From positions 12,109 through 76,108 of the forward strand of contig JBMFFR010000006.1 in the NCBI GenBank assembly GCA_051388875.1: a stretch of DNA of 64,000 nt, written 5' to 3'. A program made the position numbers and the translations under genes. The notes under the pieces were generated by a model. That model saw nothing but the letters and a program-made list of their open reading frames with translations, did not search any database and was not told where the DNA came from. This document shows positions 27,685 to 36,344 of the stretch, piece by piece. This DNA is from Candidatus Brocadiia bacterium JP1 (GTDB lineage Bacteria; Planctomycetota; Brocadiia; Brocadiales; Bathyanammoxibiaceae). How positions within the stretch are numbered: position 1 is the first letter of the stretch; each line of letters begins with the position of its first letter.

Positions 27685-28941
27685 ATGACAGTACTGGAAG
27701 AAAAGAGGAAAAGACAGAGGGAGTTTTTTTCGCAACAGTTTCAACAGCGCCTCCGGAGACCTCCAAACTACTCACCGCTAAAGAGCTCTCAGGCAAGGGA
27801 GAGGGCCATATTTCGTCTGCTGATGGAAAGCTTCAGGGAGGGGTCAAACGTGGTGTGGAAGAGTACGTTTGTCCCCTCTGAGATTATATACTCCCTGGGT
27901 GCTATTCCGCTTTATATTGAGAGTTTTAGTGCGGTTGCTTCGGCAATGGATATATGCCCATCAATGCTGGATGCTTCCGATAAGAGCGGCTATTCAAGGG
28001 ACTCTTGTACGTTCTTAAGGGCTACTCTGGGGGCTTCAGATAAGGACATACTCCCTACGCCCGATGCCCTTATCTCTACCTCCTATTTTTGTGATGGTGA
28101 CCCCAAGATTTTTGACATCTTTGCTGAAGAATACAACAAACCCCATTATTATATACATGTGCCCTACGCAGTGGAGGCTGAGTGGGCGGTAGAGGTGCTT
28201 GCGGAGCAACTGGAGGAAGTTACTTTAAATTTGTCTAAGGTACTCGGCAAGCCCTTCAGCAACGAAAAACTCTCTGAGGTCATTCAGAACTCCAACGAGG
28301 CCAGAAAACACTTTCTCAAAGTAAACGAACTGCGCAAACACGTCCCTTCGCCGATGCTGGGTTGCGAGGCCATAGATTACATCCTGGCCATTAGCCAGTT
28401 ATGGGGATCATCTGAATTAGTAAGAATCTCCAAACTTTTTTCAGAGGAATTAGAGGAGAGGGTGCAAAAGGACATCAAACCTCTAGAGGAGGAAAAGCAC
28501 CGACTCTTATGGTGTCACCTCAGGCCTTATTACAACGACGAGGTATTCAATTATCTGGAGAATTATCACAAGGCAGTGGTAGCCTTTGAGAGTGTTAATC
28601 TGATTACGTGGGAAGAAATGGACCCCAACAAGCCTTTCCAAAGTCTGGCGAAAAAACTACTGGCCTATCCGGCCATAGGCCCTTATGAACGCATGACTGG
28701 AGAAGTGATAAGGATGGTGAAGGATTACAGAATAGAAGGTGTCGTGTGGATGTCCCCCTGGGGCTGTCGCCACTTTAATAGTATGGCCCAGATGGTTAAG
28801 GAGGGGCTACGAAGGGAAATAGATGTGCCTTTCTATATCCTGGATCTGGAGTGTATAGATAAGCGTAATTATTCAAAAGAGCAGGTCCGCACGAGATTGG
28901 ATGCCTTCATAGAGGTGCTGGAGGGGAACAAGGAAGGATAA
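27685..28941 (+). CDS. 2-hydroxyacyl-CoA dehydratase family subunit (second component)
   Basis: 418 aa from the ATG at 27685, just after the upstream stop. ...FVPSEIIYSLGAIPLYIE...DSCTFLR...SYFCDG... is typical of the HgdA/B-like family. Confidence 0.75.
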   Translation: MTVLEEKRKRQREFFSQQFQQRLRRPPNYSPLKSSQARERAIFRLLMESFREGSNVVWKSTFVPSEIIYSLGAIPLYIESFSAVASAMDICPSMLDASDKSGYSRDSCTFLRATLGASDKDILPTPDALISTSYFCDGDPKIFDIFAEEYNKPHYYIHVPYAVEAEWAVEVLAEQLEEVTLNLSKVLGKPFSNEKLSEVIQNSNEARKHFLKVNELRKHVPSPMLGCEAIDYILAISQLWGSSELVRISKLFSEELEERVQKDIKPLEEEKHRLLWCHLRPYYNDEVFNYLENYHKAVVAFESVNLITWEEMDPNKPFQSLAKKLLAYPAIGPYERMTGEVIRMVKDYRIEGVVWMSPWGCRHFNSMAQMVKEGLRREIDVPFYILDLECIDKRNYSKEQVRTRLDAFIEVLEGNKEG

Positions 28942-29021
28942 GAGGGTCCTAAAGTTATATGCAAACGGGAATAACGAAGAAAAAGGGATTATTAGGTTCT
29001 TTGTTTTAATCGGAGCGGGAT

Positions 29022-29807
29022 ATGTACACGGCCGGTATAGATATTGGTTCGGTTTCTACTGAGGTGGTTATCTTGGGGGAAGAGGGGGTCATGGGTTATT
29101 CGGTTTTGGCCTCGCAGGTAGATATAGAAAATACAGCCCGGGAGGCCCTTGATGTGGCTATTAAAATGGCTGGACTCAACCGGAAGGATGTAACTTTTGC
29201 GGTGGCAACTGGTTATGGGAGAAACAACGTCCCCTACGCCAATAAACAGGTTACCGAGATAACCTGTCATGCGGTCGGTGCTCATCACCTATTCCCAGGA
29301 ACGAGGACTATCATAGACATTGGTGGACAGGATAGTAAGGCCATCGCCCTGGTGGCCGATGGGCCCAGTGGGCCAAGGGTGGTGGATTTTTGTATGAACG
29401 ACAAATGTGCAGCCGGCACCGGGCGCTTCCTTGAGGTTATGGCCAATGTACTGGACGTGGATATAAAAGAAATGGGGCCTCTATCCCAGCGGTCCACTAA
29501 AGAAATAAACATATCAAGTATGTGTACAGTATTTGCCGAATCCGAAGTAATCTCACTTATTCACCAGAAACATCCAAAAGAGGACATAGTAAGCGGCCTG
29601 CACACAGCTATCGCCCGCAAGGTTCTGAGCCTTGTCCAGAGACTTGACATTAAAGAAGATGTTACACTCACTGGCGGGGTAATGAAAAACATTGGCGTGG
29701 TTGAGAAGCTACAGCAGGAGCTAGCCCCAAGAAGAGTCAACCTCCCAGAGGAGCCCCAGATAGTTGGGGCTATAGGGGCAGCACTTCTGGCTAGGAAGTA
29801 TGTCTAA
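29022..29807 (+). CDS. ATP-dependent activator (archerase) of 2-hydroxyacyl-CoA dehydratase, BcrAD/BadFG/HgdC family
   Basis: 261 aa. MYTAGIDIGSVSTEVVIL gives the ASKHA fold. The MNDKCAAGTGRFLE and SMCTVFAESEVISL cysteines fit the bridging [4Fe-4S] cluster. Confidence 0.88.
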   Translation: MYTAGIDIGSVSTEVVILGEEGVMGYSVLASQVDIENTAREALDVAIKMAGLNRKDVTFAVATGYGRNNVPYANKQVTEITCHAVGAHHLFPGTRTIIDIGGQDSKAIALVADGPSGPRVVDFCMNDKCAAGTGRFLEVMANVLDVDIKEMGPLSQRSTKEINISSMCTVFAESEVISLIHQKHPKEDIVSGLHTAIARKVLSLVQRLDIKEDVTLTGGVMKNIGVVEKLQQELAPRRVNLPEEPQIVGAIGAALLARKYV

Positions 29808-30146
29808 TCCCACAAAAACCACATTCAACTTTTTAACTGAGCTTGGTTAAAGATTTGGATGCTCAGAAGCCATTGGAACAAATACACATATGAATACTCT
29901 CCGTGTTTTTAACGAAAAGGAAGGTGGGCCAAACTTGCTTTACTTCACACTTCTCAAAAATTAATGGAAGTTAAAAGACACACGTTAAATACAAATATCC
30001 TTTATATTAAGAATAATTGCATACTTATCCAAACTTGTATCAAACATACATAAAGATAATTCTTGCAATTCAGCGCACTTTCTGTTAACTTTTTTTGGTC
30101 AAGGGGTGCGGTGGGTTTTTACACCCAAAAGGAGGAGAGTAAAGCT

Positions 30147-31973
30147 ATGTGCGGTGTAGTGGGTTATGTGGGGAATAGAAATGCATTGCCACTCCTTGTA
30201 GAGGGGCTGAAGAGATTAGAATACAGGGGTTATGACTCGGCCGGCATTGCCTTATTAGAAGAAAAAAAAATTCACCAGATTAGGTCCGCAGGGAGGATAG
30301 AATCCCTTGAGGCAAAACTTAAGGGGTTCAGATGCGGGGCCTCCCTGGGTATTGCCCACACCCGTTGGGCCACGCATGGCCTCCCAACCTCAGAAAATGC
30401 CCACCCCCACCTTGACTGCCATCACAAGATTACCATAGTACATAACGGTATTGTTGAAAATTATGAATACCTGAAGGCAAAACTTTTAAAGGAAGGGCAT
30501 GTTTTCTTAAGCGATACAGATACCGAAGTCCTTGTCCACTTAATAGAGAAGTACTACCGCGGTAACCTGGCTGAGGCGACCCAGTGCGCACTTACAGCGG
30601 TTGAGGGCACTTATGCGATTGTGGTCTTTTGTTCCGAAGAGCCAGATAAACTTGTAGCAGCTAGAAATTGCAGTCCTCTTCTTATAGGACTTGGCAGCGA
30701 AGAATGCTTTACAGCCTCTGACGTTACTGCCATCCTGGGACACACACGAAAAATTGTTTACCTTGAGGACGGGGAAGTAGCAGTAATCAGGAGGAACGGG
30801 TTATTAGCTACCACAAAAAGGGGTATCCCAGTTGAAAAGAAGATAGAAGAAATACACTGGGACGTGGGCACGATAGGGAAGGAAAACCATCACCACTTCA
30901 TGCATAAGGAGATTCACGAACAGTCCACTTCAATAAAGAGTGCCTTGCGAGCCAGACTGGATATAGCTGAGGGGCTTCCCAGGTTAGAAGTCTTTTCCGA
31001 GCAACCGGAACTTTTAAACCAGCTTAAGCGTGTAATCATCCTGGGTTGTGGGACAAGCTGGCATTCGGGTTTAGTTGGCGAGTATATGCTAGAGGAGTTT
31101 GCCCGTATCCCGGCAGAGGTGGAGTACGCCTCTGAATTCCGCTACCGGGAGCCAATCCTGGATGAAGGCACAATGGCTGTCGCAATAAGCCAGTCCGGCG
31201 AGACGGCCGATACGCTGGCTGCCATGCGGGAGGCCAGACAAAGGGGCGCCATGACCCTAGCCATCTGTAATGTAGTGGGTAGCACTATAGCACGAGAGGC
31301 CGCTGGAACAGCATACTTACACGCTGGCCCAGAAATAGGCGTGGCCTCCACTAAGGCGTTTACCTCCCAGCTCATAGTCTTGTACCTCCTTACCTTATCC
31401 ATAGCAAGGGCAAAGTGGATGAAAAGAGACATTGGCCAGAGGATGCTCGGTGCACTAAATGAATTGCCCGAGCAGGTGAAGGCCATTCTCCAAAAAGAGG
31501 ACGAGATAGTGGAAATTGCAAAACTTTATAAGGATAGCGAAAACTTCCTTTATCTAGGAAGAGGATATAACTTCCCAGTCGCCCTTGAAGGTGCGCTGAA
31601 GTTAAAAGAGGTCTCCTATATCCATGCAGAGGGTTATCCTGCTGCCGAGATGAAGCATGGCCCCATAGCACTCATAAATCCTGACATGCCGGTGGTCTTT
31701 ATCGCTACAAAGGATAAAACCTATGGTAAAATATTAAATAACATAGAAGAAGTCAAGGCTAGAGGTGGAAGGATTATAGCCATCGCTACCGAAGGTGACA
31801 CAAGCATTCAAGATAAGGTAGACCACGTATTCTTTATCCCCCATACCTTTGACCCACTACTACCGATCTTATCTGTAGTACCCCTACAACTTCTTGCCTA
31901 CCACATAGCTGTTATGAAGGGTTGTGATGTAGATAAACCCCGCCACTTGGCAAAAAGTGTGACGGTGGAGTAA
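30147..31973 (+). CDS. glmS: Glutamine--fructose-6-phosphate aminotransferase
   Basis: The start is MCGVVGYVG, an N-terminal nucleophile Cys, preceded by an aaggaggag RBS. Two SIS domains follow, and the C-terminus is ...KPRHLAKSVTVE. Confidence 0.95.
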   Translation: MCGVVGYVGNRNALPLLVEGLKRLEYRGYDSAGIALLEEKKIHQIRSAGRIESLEAKLKGFRCGASLGIAHTRWATHGLPTSENAHPHLDCHHKITIVHNGIVENYEYLKAKLLKEGHVFLSDTDTEVLVHLIEKYYRGNLAEATQCALTAVEGTYAIVVFCSEEPDKLVAARNCSPLLIGLGSEECFTASDVTAILGHTRKIVYLEDGEVAVIRRNGLLATTKRGIPVEKKIEEIHWDVGTIGKENHHHFMHKEIHEQSTSIKSALRARLDIAEGLPRLEVFSEQPELLNQLKRVIILGCGTSWHSGLVGEYMLEEFARIPAEVEYASEFRYREPILDEGTMAVAISQSGETADTLAAMREARQRGAMTLAICNVVGSTIAREAAGTAYLHAGPEIGVASTKAFTSQLIVLYLLTLSIARAKWMKRDIGQRMLGALNELPEQVKAILQKEDEIVEIAKLYKDSENFLYLGRGYNFPVALEGALKLKEVSYIHAEGYPAAEMKHGPIALINPDMPVVFIATKDKTYGKILNNIEEVKARGGRIIAIATEGDTSIQDKVDHVFFIPHTFDPLLPILSVVPLQLLAYHIAVMKGCDVDKPRHLAKSVTVE

Positions 31974-32084
31974 GTTTCCGGGCTTATTCCCAAGAAAGGA
32001 TAGGCGTAGCGTGTGCGCCTTCCGTCGCATTGTTTATTTCTTACTTTGGTCGGAAAAATAGGTAACTAAAAATATTGCAGCGGG

Positions 32085-33356
32085 CTAAATATAAGGAGCT
32101 GTACCCCTTGCCTCCTGAGTCAACTCGTGTATCTTCTGGAAAAGGGTTTCTTCTGCCTCTGAGAGGGTCTTCCCCCTGCGGGCCATTGTCCTCCTTGTCA
32201 CTTCAATGGCATTCTCAAGGTTGTATGTTTGTATCTTTTCGGCACACCAGGAGAAGGAAGGAATAAACTTGGGTATAGGACCACGGCCTATAACGTTAGC
32301 GCAGAATCCAGCGATGCTCCCCGCTGTAAAACCAGAGTCAATCCCCACCCTGGTATGGTCCCCTACGGCCACACCCAAGAATATCTCCCCACTATCCACA
32401 GTCTTGTCTCCAAACTGCACCCGTATGGTGCCATAGGTGTTTTTGAGGTTGCTATTAGTGGTACCGGCTCCGAGGTTCACCCATGAGCCAACATAAGAAT
32501 CCCCCAGAAAGCCATCATGCTGTTTATTGCTGTAGCTATGCAATATAGAATTAGAAATCTCTCCCCCCGTGCGGCATTGCTCTCCTATATTGGAGCCTTC
32601 CCTGAGCCTTGTAGAAGGACGAAGTACAGACCCCTTCCCTATATAGGCCGGGCCTATTATAGTGCTATTTGGCTCTATAAGAACCTCTTCCGCTATGTAT
32701 ATGGGACCATTTTCCGCATCCAGTACACAACAAGGTTTTAACTTTGAACCTTCACCAACAAATATATTGGCGGGGTTTAGTAATGCCACCATTTCGTAAA
32801 TCTTTCCACCAATACCCCTCTGGCCACGTAACCTCTCCCAATCCTTTTTTATCTCTTCTTTATTGTGCTTAATAATATCCCAGTAATAATTTATCAGAGT
32901 AGGGCGTACCTCTTTTTCTGCAACTCCGCTCAGTTTACTCAGCACCTTGCCTTCAAGGAAATCCTTTGGAGAGAGTGTACTGTACTGTTTTGTACTCAGG
33001 CGGACGTACACTGTTGTGCCTCCAGCAAGACCCACCTCCTCAGGTCCCTCCAGAGGAACGGGCTCCCAATTTAGGACCCTTCCATTGATAAAGAGGTAAC
33101 TCTCAGCCTTTTCGTCAAGGGTGTTTATCCCAAAAGGCTCAGACCCTAACTGGATAAATTCGCCTCCAGCACGCTCTCTTGATATATCAGAGAGGTACTC
33201 CCGGCAGAAGAGGCTTACGCTTGCTTCAGGGTACCCCAGGAGTATCTTTTCCTCCGGGTTCATTATCCCACATCTAAGCCTGTAAACAGGCCTTGTGTAC
33301 ACCAGTGGTAAGAGGTTAGTGTACGCGGAATCCTCAAATATACATACTCCGTGCAT
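32085..33356 (-). CDS. Alternative GlmU-like sugar-nucleotidyltransferase/left-handed-beta-helix acyltransferase
   Basis: 423 aa. MHGVCIFEDSAYTNLLPLVYTRPVYRLRCG matches the N-terminal pattern of the 'alt_bact_glmU'-type family as I recall it. Hexapeptide-repeat sequence fills the C-terminal half, and the gene is adjacent to glmS. Confidence 0.65.
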   Translation of the reverse strand: MHGVCIFEDSAYTNLLPLVYTRPVYRLRCGIMNPEEKILLGYPEASVSLFCREYLSDISRERAGGEFIQLGSEPFGINTLDEKAESYLFINGRVLNWEPVPLEGPEEVGLAGGTTVYVRLSTKQYSTLSPKDFLEGKVLSKLSGVAEKEVRPTLINYYWDIIKHNKEEIKKDWERLRGQRGIGGKIYEMVALLNPANIFVGEGSKLKPCCVLDAENGPIYIAEEVLIEPNSTIIGPAYIGKGSVLRPSTRLREGSNIGEQCRTGGEISNSILHSYSNKQHDGFLGDSYVGSWVNLGAGTTNSNLKNTYGTIRVQFGDKTVDSGEIFLGVAVGDHTRVGIDSGFTAGSIAGFCANVIGRGPIPKFIPSFSWCAEKIQTYNLENAIEVTRRTMARRGKTLSEAEETLFQKIHELTQEARGTAPYI

Positions 33357-33664
33357 TATTAGAATCCCTAAATAAAAGTGTTGAGTGGCTTAAGCTCTCT
33401 AGTGTTTCGCAGGGTAAAAGTAAATAATATCCTTACATTTTAGTCAAGGGAAAAGTCACAGAACCCATCCCCTTAAGACACCTAGGTTACACCCCTATAG
33501 CCTTGCCTGCAAGAACCGTGGTATAATCCGCAAGCTCAATAAGCCCGCTTGTCCTGAGTAAAACGGTAAGGTGGAAAGGTCTCATAGAACCGACGAGGAA
33601 GAGTTCTACAGGCTTCAAAACTCTAGAGAGCTTAACTATCTTGTAAAAGAGCGCTAAAAAGTAT

Positions 33665-34128
33665 ATGAGTTTTATAATAATCACAGACCACATATGGGCA
33701 TCGAAAGGCTTACGCCTCTCTAGAAGTTATAGAGCTAAACTAAGTATAAAGATGTTACCTATGTCAGTAGCTAATACAAAAGTCAAAGATAACATGCCAC
33801 ACAAGATAGAAGGCGAAGCCATACGCAACACAGGTAGAGGAAAAGAGGTCGTTCTGTAAGGACTTGACAATATGTATAAGTCTTGATATTCTTAAATTCA
33901 TAAATACTTAAGGATATTTGGGAAAAATTCCAAAGACAGCTTTTGATGTCAAGAGGAAAAGGCAGTATTAAAAGAGAGCCGCCGGTTTATACCCTAAAAC
34001 ATTATTTTGAAACATGTGTCCTTGAGGGTGAAAGTAAGAACGAACTACTTGGGTATAAAAGTTCAAAGACCATAGAAGTTTATCCTCGTGTAAGTAGAGA
34101 GGCATTTGTGGAATCAGAAGTCTTTTAG
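33665..34128 (+). pseudogene. Decayed tyrosine recombinase (phage-integrase family) catalytic-domain remnant
   Basis: There are two ORF fragments (33665-33859 and 33943-34128) separated by stops. In order, they carry SKGLRLSRSY (box I Arg-like), NTGRGKEVVL (GKGxKxR-like), YTLKHYFETCVLEG (HxLRHxfat-like) and LLGYKSSKTIEVYPRV (LLGHssixTTxiYtHV-like). Confidence 0.5.
33864..33892 (+). promoter_or_regulatory. Near-consensus promoter TTGACA-17-TATTCT inside the integrase wreck, pointing at the SWIM gene
   Basis: TTGACA is at 33864-33869 and TATTCT at 33887-33892. These are the same two hexamers as the promoter candidate at 14300. Confidence 0.4.
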
Positions 34129-34167
34129 ATACTTTAAATCTAACAGAAGGGCGTGAGAGAGAATTAA

Positions 34168-35169
34168 ATGGACAAATCAGAGGTTGCAAACACAATAATA
34201 ACTGAAAGTGATTCAAAACCTGGAAATTTTTATTCAGTAAACATAAAATCACTTACTTGCAGTTGTCCAGGTTTCGCCATGAACCTGCGTGTGCTTTCAT
34301 TAGAAGACCCTCATAGACTTTGTAAACATCTGATTAAAGCTCTCGCGGTAAACGGTATTCCAGAATATCTAAAGCAATACAAAGAAGATATTGAATGGTT
34401 TGCAAAACATAATGCGGGATTCACAAGCAAAGAGAAAGTTCAAAGAGATAAAAAATTGCCATTAGCAGATGACAGCATAATTACCGCTACGTCAAAAAAG
34501 AAAAAGAAATACTGTTACGCTGATGCTATAGCTAATGAAAAGAAAATATCAGCCACTATCCCGTTAGCAGGTGGGCGCGTTTCATATACTATCAATAACT
34601 ACCATGCAACTTATGACTTAAACTCATACAGAAGTCGTATACCGTGGCAGTATAAATATATGGAGCAGGCCGTAATTAACTGGATAGTAGATGAATACAA
34701 TAAGGTAAAAAATACTGACGCTCCCGTTGCAGCCAAGAAAATAATTGAATACAAGCCAAATCCAGACCCTATACCTGAAGGAAGTATAAGAACCACTTCA
34801 ATTGAGAAAGTTGACACATCATCTGGGCTATTAGTGTTGACAGATGGTACTGTTCTTGACCTTGAAGATGGAGAAGAATATTACCATGTCTTTGGTGAAA
34901 CTGATGACAACGACTTTGAAGCTTTCATTTCATCTCAGAACACCTCAATTTTTTATTCTATTAATGGGTCAACGACTTATTCTTATGATACAAGTTCTTT
35001 ATCAAATAAAACAGAAGTTAACTTGCCAGACATAAAAAATAATTTACCCGTTAAAATGGTCATTATGATTGATTCATCTCATAAATTTCCAAGACATTAC
35101 CGCTACACAGAAAAAGCTCTAATTAAATGGCTAACAGATGAATATAACAAAATCGTGAATAAAAGTTAA
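34168..35169 (+). CDS. SWIM-zinc-finger protein with two C-terminal repeated modules, function unknown
   Basis: 333 aa. The CxCx18CxH motif (C31-S-C33...C52-K-H54, nt 34258-34329) is followed by a poly-Lys linker. Two related modules then end in YKYMEQAVINWIVDEYNKVKN and YRYTEKALIKWLTDEYNKIVNKS. A gagagag RBS precedes the gene, and it is very A+T-rich. Confidence 0.6.
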   Translation: MDKSEVANTIITESDSKPGNFYSVNIKSLTCSCPGFAMNLRVLSLEDPHRLCKHLIKALAVNGIPEYLKQYKEDIEWFAKHNAGFTSKEKVQRDKKLPLADDSIITATSKKKKKYCYADAIANEKKISATIPLAGGRVSYTINNYHATYDLNSYRSRIPWQYKYMEQAVINWIVDEYNKVKNTDAPVAAKKIIEYKPNPDPIPEGSIRTTSIEKVDTSSGLLVLTDGTVLDLEDGEEYYHVFGETDDNDFEAFISSQNTSIFYSINGSTTYSYDTSSLSNKTEVNLPDIKNNLPVKMVIMIDSSHKFPRHYRYTEKALIKWLTDEYNKIVNKS

Positions 35170-35560
35170 CTTATGACTGACATTGTTAAGATAATCAATC
35201 CTAAAAGAGGCATGGTTGTTGTGTAAATCAACGAGGGCAACTTTACTGTTAGGCAGTTGTGGAATAAATCTCGGCGATAAAATGACTGGTAATTTAGATT
35301 CATTAGTAGGCAAAACTTTATACAGTCAAATAAGAAATGAGCGGTTTGAGGCATATATAGCAATTTAAGCCACATAAGCAAATGCGCACCAGCTTGTCAA
35401 ATAAAACAAAAAATGGGGACAACTTTTTAATAACCGCACCGTGTTTAACAAACGCAAAAGGCGTTCTAAAGACGCTGCCCGCTTGCGGGTCCTTCACGAG
35501 CCTTGCGTTATGTGTTTTGATAAACCTCTTTATTGCCTTTGCAATGCAGAATGCCCTCCT

Positions 35561-36196
35561 TTAGCACTTTTCAGAGGCCCAAATTATACCTTTCATCTCC
35601 TCTTCTGCTCTTTGGGGACCATGTTGCTTAATTAATTCTAGTATGTCCTGGGAGGATAAGAGTTCAAAAACGTGACGCCTCTTCTCTTCGTCCTTTACTG
35701 CGGAGATTACCACTGGACGGAACTTAGAAAGCAGTTGAGTAAACTCAGCGTACTCCGGGCCAAACAAAGATTCTATCTCTTTGCGTATTCTCTTGGCCAG
35801 AGCTGGGCTAGCTCCACCAGTTGAAATGCTTATTTGTAGTTCCCCTCTATTAATCACCGAGGGTACAATAAAGTTACAAAGTTCAGGCTGGTCTACTACA
35901 TTTACTAAAAGACCGTGACGCTGTGCATCCTGCCAGACCCTCTGATTTATCTCCTTTTCATTTGTAGCAGCTATTACCAGGAAAGTACCTGCAAGGCATT
36001 CCCCATCGTATTTCTGTTCAAGCAGGACAACATCTTTTTCTGTGGATAGGTTTTTATGAAATTCGGAAGCTATTACTACTACTTCAGCACCTGCCTCTTT
36101 AAGGCTGATGACTTTACGATAGGCAACCTCACCCCCACCTACTACCACGCACCTCTTCCCCTTTACATCTAAATATATAGGATAGTATCTAGGCAC
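35561..36196 (-). CDS. Precorrin-2 dehydrogenase / sirohydrochlorin ferrochelatase (siroheme synthase N-terminal-domain type)
   Basis: 211 aa with YPIYLDVKGKRCVVVGGGEVAYRKV..., the SirC/Met8/CysG-N Rossmann pattern. Confidence 0.85.
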   Translation of the reverse strand: MPRYYPIYLDVKGKRCVVVGGGEVAYRKVISLKEAGAEVVVIASEFHKNLSTEKDVVLLEQKYDGECLAGTFLVIAATNEKEINQRVWQDAQRHGLLVNVVDQPELCNFIVPSVINRGELQISISTGGASPALAKRIRKEIESLFGPEYAEFTQLLSKFRPVVISAVKDEEKRRHVFELLSSQDILELIKQHGPQRAEEEMKGIIWASEKC

Positions 36197-36344
36197 AGCT
36201 TACCTCCCGTAACTGTATTAGAGCAAACTAAAGCTTGTGGCTACTTCTCAAATTAAGCCATTGTGGCCGTGGGCCATCCCTTGGGCAGATTCGCCTATGG
36301 TGCATTTAACCTGTGCAACACACCTGCGCAAAGAAAACCTGCTT

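Larger units (their letters stand above)
33357..35560. mobile_element. A+T-rich insert: remnant of an integrative element (integrase wreck, promoter and one intact cargo gene)
   Basis: There is a visible compositional drop: 21/60 G+C for 34441-34500 versus 33/60 for 30301-30360 by hand count. It contains integrase-like fragments with stops and only one long intact ORF. No clear att repeats were found. Confidence 0.45.

Noticed and set aside
29808-30146. Possible glmS ribozyme upstream of glmS
   Set aside because: I could not find the conserved core or pseudoknot sequences I associate with the glmS ribozyme. I saw only an A+T-rich spacer and a small GGGTG/CACCC hairpin before the RBS. A cmscan with Rfam RF00234 would settle it.
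33487-33693. 68-aa minus-strand ORF with an integrase-like stretch (RPFHLTVLLRTSGLIELADY)
   Set aside because: The better-ordered set of recombinase landmarks is on the + strand (33665-34128). I cannot support a second, opposite-strand fragment by eye, so I left it as part of the decayed-element region.
33540-35500. 9-nt match GCCCGCTTG near both edges of the A+T-rich insert as att sites
   Set aside because: A 9-mer match between two ~200-nt flanks is expected by chance at an appreciable rate. No longer direct repeat was found.
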